This document shows positions 40,558 through 48,596 of a DNA stretch of 64,000 nt, piece after piece. Each line of letters starts with the position of its first letter. Position 1 is the first letter of the stretch. The notes beneath the pieces are model-generated. The model made no database searches. It saw nothing but the letters and a program-made list of their open reading frames with translations, and was not told the origin of the DNA. Source of the DNA: Acidobacteriaceae bacterium. GTDB lineage: Bacteria > Acidobacteriota > Terriglobia > Terriglobales > Acidobacteriaceae. The position numbers and the translations under genes are program-made. The stretch is from assembly GCA_030041045.1 (NCBI GenBank), contig JASHOQ010000115.1, forward strand, positions 5,702-69,701. Direction: 5' to 3'.

Positions 40558-40836
40558 ATGACCGAAACCGAGGGACTGATTGCCGGCATGTTTCTCCTCT
40601 TCGCGCTGGTGGTCTACACCTTCTGGCCGGAAAATGCCTTCGCCAGCCAGAAGGAAAAAACACGTCTCGATTTTCTGCTCGAGCGCAAGGAGCAGCTCTA
40701 CGAGAATCTGCGCGACCTGAACTTCGAGCATCGCGCCGGCAAATATCCTGAAGAAGATTTTCAGATCCAGCGCGCGCTACTCGAGAACGAAACCGCCGAA
40801 CTGCTGGCAGAAATTGACCGGCTGCAGGGCGCGTGA
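40558..40836 (+). CDS. small single-TM protein with CcmI-like N-terminal motif
   Basis: TM LIAGMFLLFALVVYTF, then LRDLNFEHRAGKYPEEDFQIQRALLE. The same motif recurs in the tail of the next gene. Confidence 0.55.
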   Translation: MTETEGLIAGMFLLFALVVYTFWPENAFASQKEKTRLDFLLERKEQLYENLRDLNFEHRAGKYPEEDFQIQRALLENETAELLAEIDRLQGA

Positions 40837-40841
40837 AGAGG

Positions 40842-40918
40842 CAGGGGTCAGGTTTCAGGGATCAGGGATCAGGGATCAGAGGTCAGGGATCAGGGATCAG
40901 AGGTCTGGGATCAGGGTC
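40842..40918. repeat. heptamer tandem array (11 units, G-rich on + strand), single arm
   Basis: CAGGGGT CAGGTTT CAGGGAT x3 CAGAGGT CAGGGAT x2 CAGAGGT CTGGGAT CAGGGTC. Starts 6 nt after stop 40836 and ends 9 nt before ATG 40928. Confidence 0.9.
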
Positions 40919-40927
40919 GAAGCGGAA

Positions 40928-42289
40928 ATGAACGAATCCATAACGAAAAAGGCCAGGATGAAAACGGCACGTGCGCTTGCGGGTTATTTCGCGTTGAGTT
41001 TCTCGTTGTGCGCCGCCCTGGCGCACGCGGCCACGGTGAGCGGTACGGTGACGGACAAGACCACGGGCAAGCCCGCCGCCGGCGACGTGGTGGTGCTGCT
41101 CGACGTGCAGGCGGGCATGAGCGAAGCGGCGCACGCCGCCACCGACGCGCAGGGTCATTACTCCATCAGCGCGCCCGGCGACGGACCCTACCTGGTGCGC
41201 GTCACCCACCAGGGCGCGGGCTACTTCATCGCTGCGCCGCCCGGAGCGGCGTCGAGTCCCGGCGCCGGCGACATCGCCGTCTACGACGTGGCCGCCAAGG
41301 TGAGCGGCGTCTTCATCGAGGCCGACGTGATTGAGGCGGAAACCGACCCCAGCGGCGCGCTCAAAATCGACGAGCGCTACTACGTGCACAACACCAGCTC
41401 GCCGCCGGTCACGCAGTGGAGCCCGAAGTCGTTTTCCATTGTGCTGCCGGCCGATGCGCAGATCACTGACACCGGCGCGCAGCGGCCCAGCGGCCTGCCC
41501 ACCAGCGTGAAGATGGATCCCGACGGGCCCAAGGGCCACTACTCGTTCAATTTTCCCATCCAGCCCGACGACGGCGAAAGAGACACGATGTTCCAGATCG
41601 GTTACACGCTGCCGTACGCGGGCGACAAGTACACTTTCAAGCCGTCGATTACGCTGCCCGCCGACAACTTCGCCGTGTTGCTGCCCAAGTCCATGACCTT
41701 CACGCCCGGAGCGGGGCTGGAGTTCAAGCCCGTGAATGAGGACCCGAGCGTGCAGACATTTCTTTTGAAGAATCCGTCGCCGGGACAGGCGCTGGCCTTC
41801 ACTATCTCCGGCGAGGGCCAGATTCCGCGCCCGGCGCAGGGCGACAACGGCGCACAGGATGCAGGCGGACAAAGCGCCGCCGCGAACGGCCAGCCCGGCG
41901 GCGGCATCGGCGCACCCATTGACACGCCCGACCCGCTGAGCAAATACAAGTGGTGGATTCTGGGCGCGCTGGCGCTGCTGCTCGCCACCGCCGCGGCTTT
42001 CCTTCTGCGCCGGCCCGCGTTTGCCGTGGCGGGCGCGCCTGGATCCGCAGCGGCGGCCCCGTTTGCCCCGCAACCCGCGGCGGGTTCGTTTTCCGTGCAA
42101 CCCTCGGCGGCGGCAAGCGCAGTTGCGGTTGCGCCGGCGGCAAAAAATGCGGCCCTGCTGAACGTACTTAAGGACGAGCTCTTCGACCTTGAAAGCGAAA
42201 AAATTGCCGGCACGCTATCCGCCGCCGACTATGCCGAGCAAAAGGCCGCGCTGGAAGTGGTGCTGAAGCGGGCGTTGAAAAAACAGTGA
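40928..42289 (+). CDS. carboxypeptidase-regulatory-like domain protein with C-terminal TM anchor and CcmI-like tail
   Basis: Start moved to ATG 40928 (track ORF 40814.. reads through the repeat). Signal peptide, ATVSGTVTDKTTGKPAAGDVVVLL, TM WWILGALALLLATAAAFLL, tail LFDLESEKIAGTLSAADYAEQKAALE. Confidence 0.7.
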   Translation: MNESITKKARMKTARALAGYFALSFSLCAALAHAATVSGTVTDKTTGKPAAGDVVVLLDVQAGMSEAAHAATDAQGHYSISAPGDGPYLVRVTHQGAGYFIAAPPGAASSPGAGDIAVYDVAAKVSGVFIEADVIEAETDPSGALKIDERYYVHNTSSPPVTQWSPKSFSIVLPADAQITDTGAQRPSGLPTSVKMDPDGPKGHYSFNFPIQPDDGERDTMFQIGYTLPYAGDKYTFKPSITLPADNFAVLLPKSMTFTPGAGLEFKPVNEDPSVQTFLLKNPSPGQALAFTISGEGQIPRPAQGDNGAQDAGGQSAAANGQPGGGIGAPIDTPDPLSKYKWWILGALALLLATAAAFLLRRPAFAVAGAPGSAAAAPFAPQPAAGSFSVQPSAAASAVAVAPAAKNAALLNVLKDELFDLESEKIAGTLSAADYAEQKAALEVVLKRALKKQ

Positions 42290-42420
42290 TCAGGGGTCAG
42301 GGGTCAGGGGTCAGGGGTCAGCGAACAGTGGTCAGCCTACCGAGAGTCGCTTTCTGATCCCTGATCCCTATTCCCTGCTCTCCATTCCCTGACCCCTGAC
42401 CCCTGAAACCTGACCCCTGG
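42284..42420. repeat. heptamer arrays in inverted arms (8 + 9 units, 15-nt spacer), overlapping a stop codon
   Basis: CAGTGAT (CAGGGGT)x4 CAGCGAA CAGTGGT CAGCCTA / spacer / TGATCCC x2 TATTCCC TGCTCTC CATTCCC TGACCCC x2 TGAAACC TGACCCC. TGA 42287-42289 lies inside unit 1. Confidence 0.9.
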
Positions 42421-42434
42421 TATATCCTTCCGCC

Positions 42435-42926
42435 ATGAAGACCCTATTGCGCACGCTGCTTTATCTCGCGCTGATTGTCTGGCTGGGCGCGGAGATTTTC
42501 TTTCCCGTTGTCGCCGCGGTTGCCTTCACCACGAACGGGATTGATACGCACGCCGCCGGAACCATGGTGGGCCACCTGCTGCACATTCTGCACCGCATGG
42601 CGTTGGTGTCCGGCATCGTGGCGCTGGCTCTGCTGGCGCTGGCGCCCGCGTGGGGCATCTACAAGCCGCGCGCGGTGCTGGCGCCCATGGCGCTGGTGGT
42701 GCTCATGATGGGCTGCACAATTTTCTCCGAGTGGGTCATCATGCCCGCCATGGAGCGCGACCGGCTGGCCGCGAGCAGCGCCATCGACACAGGCGATCAA
42801 AGCGATCCGCTGGCGCAGCACTTCAACAAACTGCATGAGCGCAGCGTCAACCTGCAGATTGCAATCCAGCTCCTCGGCGTTGTCGCCGTTGCACTGTTGG
42901 CGCGCGCGGAGTCGACGCGCGCATGA
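42435..42926 (+). CDS. DUF4149-like integral membrane protein
   Basis: Four TM helices. N-terminus MKTLLRTLLYLALIVWLGAEIFFPVVAA resembles DUF4149 (recollection). Confidence 0.6.
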   Translation: MKTLLRTLLYLALIVWLGAEIFFPVVAAVAFTTNGIDTHAAGTMVGHLLHILHRMALVSGIVALALLALAPAWGIYKPRAVLAPMALVVLMMGCTIFSEWVIMPAMERDRLAASSAIDTGDQSDPLAQHFNKLHERSVNLQIAIQLLGVVAVALLARAESTRA

Positions 42927-42960
42927 GCGGCGAAGGCTTCAGGGGGAGGCGAGTTTCGCC

Positions 42961-43518
42961 ATGAGCCGGCTGATTGTGTGGAATATGCTTTCGCTCGACG
43001 GTTACTTTGAAGGCGCGAAGAGCTGGGATGTGGAGTGGTTTCATCCCTACTTCACCGGCGAGCTCGAGGCCTTCTCGCTCGAGCAGTTGCGCCGCGCCGA
43101 CGCGCTGCTCTTCGGCCGCATCACCTACGAGGGCATGTCCGCCTACTGGCAGAGGGCCGAGGGCGAAGATGCGCGCTACATGAACACGCTGCCCAAGGTC
43201 GTCTTTTCTTCCACGCTGGCGCGCGCCGACTGGGCCAACACGCGCCTGGTGAAGAGCGGCATGGAAGCCGAGGTGAAAGCGCTCAAGCAGCAGGGTGCGC
43301 GCGATCTCTACGTCTTCGGCAGCGGGCAGCTCTGCGCCGACCTGCTTGCAGCCGGCCTGGTGGATGAGGTTCGCCTCTGCATCCAGCCCATCGTAATCGG
43401 CCGCGGCGCCACGCTCTTTGGCCGCGGTCTCCAGCGGATGAACATGACGCTGCTCGAAGCGCGGCCGCTCGCGAACGGCTGCGTGATCCTGCGCTACGAG
43501 CCGCAGGGCAGCGCCTGA
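42961..43518 (+). CDS. dihydrofolate reductase-family (RibD C-terminal domain) protein
   Basis: Start at ATG 42961. MSRLIVWNMLSLDGYFEG...LLFGRITYEGM...DLYVFGSGQL...LVDEVRLCIQPIVIGRG. Confidence 0.85.
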   Translation: MSRLIVWNMLSLDGYFEGAKSWDVEWFHPYFTGELEAFSLEQLRRADALLFGRITYEGMSAYWQRAEGEDARYMNTLPKVVFSSTLARADWANTRLVKSGMEAEVKALKQQGARDLYVFGSGQLCADLLAAGLVDEVRLCIQPIVIGRGATLFGRGLQRMNMTLLEARPLANGCVILRYEPQGSA

Positions 43519-43587
43519 ATGCTCCTGTAAAATCGCCAAAGGCCCCGCCGCGAAGATACCGCGCGCAGGCCATCACACGGAATCTCG

Positions 43588-44676
43588 ATGAAGACAGGCA
43601 TCATCGGCCTGCCGCAGGTGGGAAAGACGTCGCTGTTCAAGATTCTCACCAAGGCCAAACTCGAAGAGCACAGCGGCTACTCGAATCCGCGCGAGGCCCA
43701 CATCGGCATGGCGCGCGTGCCCGACCAGCGGCTGGACAAGCTCTCCGCGCTCTACTCGCCGAAGAAAACCACCTACGCCTCGGTGGAATATGTGGACGTG
43801 GCCGCGATCGGGCAGGAGGCGCTCAAGGAAACGGCGTTCCTCACCAACCTGCGCAACGTGGACGCGCTCATTCACGTGCTGCGCGCTTTTGAGGACGAAT
43901 CGATCCCCCACGTCGGTCCCATCGATCCGCTGCGCGACGTGAAGAACGTCGAATTCGACCTGATGGTGAGCGACCTCACCCAAATCGAGAAGCGCATCGA
44001 GCGCGTGGAAAAAGACATGAAAAAGGCCCGCACCAGCGATCTCGAACGCGAGCAAGCACTGCTGCTGCGCTCGAAAGAAGCGCTCGAGCGGGAGCAGCCG
44101 CTGCGCGAGCTGGAAATGACGCCGGAAGAGAGAAAGCTCATCCGCGGCTTCATGTTTCTTTCGCAAAAGCCCATTCTGTATGCGCTTAACATCAGCGAAA
44201 GCACGGCGCTGGGCGCCGATCTCGAGAGCGCGGCGGCCAAGTTCAAGCTCGACTCCATCGCGCAGCGGCCCAATGCCGCGGTCACGGCCATCTGCGGCAA
44301 GGTGGAAGCGGAGCTGGCGGAAATGGACGACGCCGAAGCGGCGGACTTCCTCTCGAGCTACGGATTGCATGAGAGCGGGCTTGTGCGGCTGATTCGCAAG
44401 AGCTACGAGCTGCTGGGGCTCATCAGCTTTTTTACCGCGGGCGAGGACGAGTGCCGCGCGTGGACGGTGCCGCTGGGCTCGAAGGCGCCGCAGGCCGCGG
44501 GCGCCATCCACACCGATCTCGAGCACCACTTCATCCGCGCGGAAACCATCCGCTGGGATGCGCTGCTTGAAGCCGGCTCCGAGGCCGCGGCCCGCGCCAA
44601 AGGCACGCTGCGCCTGGAGGGCAAGGATTATGTGGTGCAGGACGGCGATGTTTTACACATCAGGCACAGCGGGTGA
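43588..44676 (+). CDS. ychF: redox-regulated ATPase YchF (Obg-family)
   Basis: MKTGIIGLPQVGKTSLF P-loop. C-terminal TGS-like FIRAE...YVVQDGDVLHIR. Confidence 0.95.
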   Translation: MKTGIIGLPQVGKTSLFKILTKAKLEEHSGYSNPREAHIGMARVPDQRLDKLSALYSPKKTTYASVEYVDVAAIGQEALKETAFLTNLRNVDALIHVLRAFEDESIPHVGPIDPLRDVKNVEFDLMVSDLTQIEKRIERVEKDMKKARTSDLEREQALLLRSKEALEREQPLRELEMTPEERKLIRGFMFLSQKPILYALNISESTALGADLESAAAKFKLDSIAQRPNAAVTAICGKVEAELAEMDDAEAADFLSSYGLHESGLVRLIRKSYELLGLISFFTAGEDECRAWTVPLGSKAPQAAGAIHTDLEHHFIRAETIRWDALLEAGSEAAARAKGTLRLEGKDYVVQDGDVLHIRHSG

Positions 44677-44679
44677 AAA

Positions 44680-44876
44680 AGGCAGGGGTCAGGTTTCAGG
44701 GGTCAGGGGTCAGGGAGCAGTGGTCAGTGGTCAGTGATCAGAAATCAGCGATCCGAGATGGAATCAGCTTCTAGCTGTGGTCTGTTCCCTGTTACCTATT
44801 CCCTGCTTTCTTGATGGCTTCTTCCATTGGCTGCTTGCTTTCTGACCACTGACCACTGATCACTGACAACTGATTT
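44680..44876. repeat. composite heptamer array filling the whole ychF-ZIP intergenic region
   Basis: Shares the 22-mer AGGCAGGGGTCAGGTTTCAGGG with 40839-40860. Units CAGGGGT, CAGTGGT, CAGTGAT..., then CAGCTTC TAGCTGT, C-rich CTGTTCC/CTATTCC, then CTGACCA x2 CTGATCA CTGACAA. Confidence 0.9.
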
Positions 44877-44882
44877 CCAACC

Positions 44883-45608
44883 ATGCTCAAGCTCTCCCTT
44901 CTTCTCGGCGCGGTGGCGGCGCTGGCCGATGTGGCCGGCGGGTTAATCCTGGTGCGCGCGCGCGGCGTGGAGCGCTACCTGCGCTACTTTGTCGCCCTGG
45001 GCGCGGGATTCCTGATGGCCACGGCGCTGCTGGAGATGACGCCGGAGAGCCTGCGCATCAGCCCTCAGCTCGCGCCGGTGCTCATCATGGCCGGCTACTG
45101 CGCGGTTCATCTGCTGGAGCACACCATCAACGCGCATTTTCATTTCGGCGAGGAAACGCACGCGGGCGAGTTCGTCTCCCTGCACACCGGCTACTCCGTG
45201 CTCGGCGGCCTGAGCGTGCACGCGCTCTTTGACGGCGTGGCCATCGGCTCCGGATTTGTGGTTTCCGAATGGCTGGGCTGGCTGATCTTTCTCGCCATTT
45301 TGCTGCACAAGATGCCGGAGGGATTCACCATGGCTTCGGTGATGCTGGCGAGCGGGCGCAGCCGCACCACGGCGTTCTACTCGGCGGTGGTGCTGGCCGC
45401 GGCCACGCTGGCCGGCGTGCTTTTGATCGAACTGGTGCCGAGCTGGCTTTCGATCGGCCTGCCGGTCTCGGCCGGCGTGGCCATTTACGTGGCCGCTACC
45501 GATCTGGTGCCCGAGGTGAACCGCGAGCCCGGCATCCGCATGGCGCTGGTGTTTTTCCTGGGCGTGGCTGCGTTCCTGGTTCTGCGGCATGTGTTGCCGG
45601 CGTTGTAA
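44883..45608 (+). CDS. ZIP-family divalent metal transporter (ZupT-like)
   Basis: Eight TM pattern. HLLEHTINAHFHFGEE His-rich loop. HALFDGVAIG and HKMPEGF motifs. Confidence 0.9.
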   Translation: MLKLSLLLGAVAALADVAGGLILVRARGVERYLRYFVALGAGFLMATALLEMTPESLRISPQLAPVLIMAGYCAVHLLEHTINAHFHFGEETHAGEFVSLHTGYSVLGGLSVHALFDGVAIGSGFVVSEWLGWLIFLAILLHKMPEGFTMASVMLASGRSRTTAFYSAVVLAAATLAGVLLIELVPSWLSIGLPVSAGVAIYVAATDLVPEVNREPGIRMALVFFLGVAAFLVLRHVLPAL

Positions 45609-45620
45609 ACGAGCGGGTCG

Positions 45621-45638
45621 GCAAGTTAGCAAGTCAGC
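45621..45638. repeat. octamer repeat (GCAAGTYA)2, inverse orientation of 23307-23338
   Basis: GCAAGTTA GCAAGTCA GC, immediately left of the transposon target duplication. Confidence 0.5.
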
Positions 45639-45647
45639 TCGGTTCAT

Positions 45648-45667
45648 GGTAGTGTCTCAGTTTGAAA
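45648..45667. repeat. left terminal inverted repeat of the transposon
   Basis: GGTAGTGTCTCAGTTTGAAA. Begins GGnnnTG like IS1 ends. Confidence 0.85.
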
Positions 45668-45771
45668 ATGACTCGAAATGGGGATGGCGAAGATATGGCG
45701 CAAAACTTTACTGTTGCCTTTAGAGTTTTTGTCGATAACAATGATGGGACCATCAAAGAATGGCGAAAATG

Positions 45772-46338
45772 CTACCCCAAAGCGTTTAGGACTTTTACCC
45801 CAGCAGGCGGAGAAAACTCGCCAATTTCCTCTGCCATCCCATAAGCAACGGCGTCCGAGCCGGTGAGGTAAACGTCATGGAAACGAAACTGAGTCCACAA
45901 ATCCTCGGGCAACCGAAGGTGAGCGCGCAGGATTTCCTCCATCCTGGCATCATCAATAGCGAGGTTGGCAGCGACGGCTTTCAGTTTGTCAACGCTCGCC
46001 CCATTGGGGGAATTAATGGCCTTGTGGATCATGAAAACAGCATTAGCAGTGGTCTTTCGGGAGTGGGCGCCAAGATAGGCAAGCGTGGCAGCAGAGGCAA
46101 CTTGGCCAGCGTTGTAGAGGACGACTTCTATGGCGAGCTTCTTTAGAGCGTTATAAAGAAAAACGCCGTCGCCGACAAAGCCGCCCCATGACTGAAACAA
46201 GATGTGAACGCGCTTAGTCCCAGCCGCAGATACTGTGGTTAATCCATTTATCAACTTGGCTCCGTTCGCGGCGTTTATATCGCCGCAATATGTCGCCCAG
46301 AGTTCCTCTGCGACGGGCTTCTTGGTTTCTTCTGGCAT
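45772..46338 (-). CDS. stand-alone ClpP-like (S14/Clp-fold) serine peptidase
   Basis: Start moved to ATG 46338. Candidate Ser-His-Asp triad contexts GQVASAATLAYLG, FMIHKA and LTGSDAVAYGMAEEI, in ClpP order. Lies 29 nt downstream of the transposase on the same strand. Confidence 0.7.
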   Translation of the reverse strand: MPEETKKPVAEELWATYCGDINAANGAKLINGLTTVSAAGTKRVHILFQSWGGFVGDGVFLYNALKKLAIEVVLYNAGQVASAATLAYLGAHSRKTTANAVFMIHKAINSPNGASVDKLKAVAANLAIDDARMEEILRAHLRLPEDLWTQFRFHDVYLTGSDAVAYGMAEEIGEFSPPAGVKVLNALG

Positions 46339-46367
46339 AGCGGAAATACTACACCTTTCCTCGGATT

Positions 46368-47201
46368 CTATTGAGCCAAGAATGCTATCTCTTCGTAGCT
46401 CCAAACGTGATCCGAGATGCCCGCAGCCATCGCGGGCGTAATTCTCAAGGTCTTGTGAATCCGAGCGAAGTTGTAGTGGATGAAATGCAGCGTAACCGCA
46501 GCCGCGTGATTTTCCACTTTCTTAGAGAACGCATTGGTTAAGCGTGTGAACCGGCGCATGCTCATCCGCATAGTCAAATTCTGGCGTTCCACAAAAGACG
46601 TACTCGCGTGCTTAGGGTCGGGATCGCCTGCCACGGTTTTCATATCCCAGCCGATGCACTTGGCTGGGCTGTAACGCCGCGTTTCCTCGTCTGTCGGAGC
46701 GCCGTAGATTTTCTGGAGCGTAGCAAAGTCCACATCGGCTCCGAACGCGTTTTCGACCGCTTCCAAATAGGCTTTGTGTCCATCAGTTGTCAGTTGCACC
46801 CGACCCTTCACGCGGCTGGCAACGTCCTGCATAAATTCGTTGGCCCACCATCCATCGCGGCCGCCCACAAGGTAGCTCACACAGAGCTTCGTATCGGCGT
46901 CAATCGCGGTCCAAGTCCAAGTGTCTCCCCATCCTTCCGCCTTGCGGTCGGGGCTGGCGTTCTTAGCCTTTGCCCCAACAAAGCACCAAATTTCGTCACA
47001 CTGGACCCGCTTGCAGCGCACGTCACGCACCGTCGCATCGTGGTATGCGTGTGCGGCGCTCGCCACGTCCAAGAGAAGCTTTGTGACGGTATTGATTGAA
47101 ACGTCCACGATCCGGCTGATGCTCCGAAGGCTAGTACCTTCGACGAGCATTTGGACGATTTGCGCCCGCTTAGCAAGTGGAAGTCTGTTCGTGACAAGCA
47201 T
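46368..47201 (-). CDS. IS1-family transposase (single ORF, ISMhu11-like)
   Basis: N-terminal HTH RAQIVQMLVEGTSLRSISRIVDVSINTV. DDE region QCDEIWCFVG...WTWTAIDADTKL...TTDGHKAY...ERQNLTMRMSMRRFTRLTNAFSKKVENH...HYNFARIH. Confidence 0.85.
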   Translation of the reverse strand: MLVTNRLPLAKRAQIVQMLVEGTSLRSISRIVDVSINTVTKLLLDVASAAHAYHDATVRDVRCKRVQCDEIWCFVGAKAKNASPDRKAEGWGDTWTWTAIDADTKLCVSYLVGGRDGWWANEFMQDVASRVKGRVQLTTDGHKAYLEAVENAFGADVDFATLQKIYGAPTDEETRRYSPAKCIGWDMKTVAGDPDPKHASTSFVERQNLTMRMSMRRFTRLTNAFSKKVENHAAAVTLHFIHYNFARIHKTLRITPAMAAGISDHVWSYEEIAFLAQ

Positions 47202-47315
47202 AATATTCAGTTTGATTCTAAGTGTCAAGCATAAAGTTCACTTTGAGGACTTAGACTCGCTATTACTGAGATATTCTCATCTTTAACTGATACCTTTGGT
47301 GCTTATACTGAGACA

Positions 47316-48596
47316 ATGGGTGAGGGGATGGATATGCCACTCGATTACGAGGACCTGGTCACACGAGCAACCACTGTCTTTCAGCCACGGACGCCGATCA
47401 CAACGCGTGATCTGTTTGCTGGCCGCTGGAATGAGTTGATGGCGGTTGTCGATGCGGTTAATCAGATTGGTCTGCACGCCGTAATCTATGGTGAACGCGG
47501 CGTCGGGAAAACCTCCCTGGCTAATGTTGTGGCTCCGACGGTTTACGCGATGGATGATCCAAGCCCGACTGCGCCCCTCAATCCCAAAGGGCGAGTAATT
47601 GTCAAAACGGTGGCGACTACTTCGGACACTTTTGCTTCGGTGTGGGTCAAACTCTTTAAAGACATTACGCTGATTGATGATCGACCTGTAGCTGGTTTCT
47701 TCCCTGGCCAAAAGGGACGAGTGTCGCTGCTAGAAGCTTACGGTCTAGATTCAAATCTCTCAGTCGATGACATTCGGCGGGTGATTAGCAATATTCCGAA
47801 TTCGGTGTTCATAGTGGATGAGTTCGATCGACTGCAGCCTGCATCAATGAAAGAGTTTACCGACCTGATTAAGACCCTATCCGATTTTTCGGTGAATTCC
47901 ACGGTCGTTTTGGTAGGAGTTTCCGATACCATCGCCAATCTTGTTGCTGACCATGCTTCAATTGTGCGCGCAATTTCACAGGTATTTCTTAGGAGAATGC
48001 TACCGATTGAGTTGAGGAAAATTCTTACGAACGCCGAAGAGAAACTTGGCATCCATTTCACCGATGACGCCGCTCGTCTCATTGTTCATGTTTCGCAGGG
48101 TTTGCCGCACTATACGCACCTGATTGGCCTTCATGCTGTTCGGGTGGCAGCAGACGCGTACACCGCTCCGACCATTTCACGCAAAGATGTATTTGTGGCC
48201 TTGGATCGGGCTACTACTCAGGCTGAGCAAAGCACTAGGAACAGGCATTCAAGGGCTATTCACAGTTCACACAAAGATGCGCTATATCGGCAAATTCTTT
48301 TAGCGTGTGCAGTGGCCGCTGCTCAAGAACAAGACCCACTAGGGTATTTCACCCCGAGCGCAGTGATTGAACCACTTAGTGCGATTCTGGGCCGTCTAGT
48401 AGAGATTGCAACATTTAATTCCCATTTGAGCGCATTCTCTCAACTAGAACGTGGAAATGTGCTAGAACGAGACGGCCAGCCGCGGGCATATCGATTTAGA
48501 TTTCAAGACCCGATGGTGGTTCCATTTACCTTCATGGACGCGGTCGCAAACGGGATTGTCGATGAAGATCACCTTGCGAGACTTTTGAACGACTAG
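47316..48596 (+). CDS. ORC/Cdc6-like AAA+ ATPase with C-terminal winged-helix-like region
   Basis: Walker A IYGERGVGKTSLANVV, Walker B VFIVDEFDRL and sensor-like VLVGVSD. About 150-aa C-terminal helical domain. Confidence 0.8.
   Translation: MGEGMDMPLDYEDLVTRATTVFQPRTPITTRDLFAGRWNELMAVVDAVNQIGLHAVIYGERGVGKTSLANVVAPTVYAMDDPSPTAPLNPKGRVIVKTVATTSDTFASVWVKLFKDITLIDDRPVAGFFPGQKGRVSLLEAYGLDSNLSVDDIRRVISNIPNSVFIVDEFDRLQPASMKEFTDLIKTLSDFSVNSTVVLVGVSDTIANLVADHASIVRAISQVFLRRMLPIELRKILTNAEEKLGIHFTDDAARLIVHVSQGLPHYTHLIGLHAVRVAADAYTAPTISRKDVFVALDRATTQAEQSTRNRHSRAIHSSHKDALYRQILLACAVAAAQEQDPLGYFTPSAVIEPLSAILGRLVEIATFNSHLSAFSQLERGNVLERDGQPRAYRFRFQDPMVVPFTFMDAVANGIVDEDHLARLLND

Noticed and set aside
40814-40927. 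N-terminal extension of ORF 40814..42289 (GSGIRDQRSGIRDQ...)
   Set aside because: It is simply the stop-free translation of the heptamer array, and it overlaps the 3' end of the previous gene. The real start with a signal peptide is at 40928.
46339-47300. Searched for a second, inner pair of inverted repeats bounding only the transposase gene
   Set aside because: I found no convincing inverted match between 46339-46370 and 47229-47315. The only strong TIRs are the outer ones.
47303-47315. Internal 9-nt partial copy of the transposon TIR (ACTGAGACA) just upstream of the ATPase start
   Set aside because: A 9-mer match to a 20-mer within 3 kb is compatible with chance, and the flanking bases do not match.
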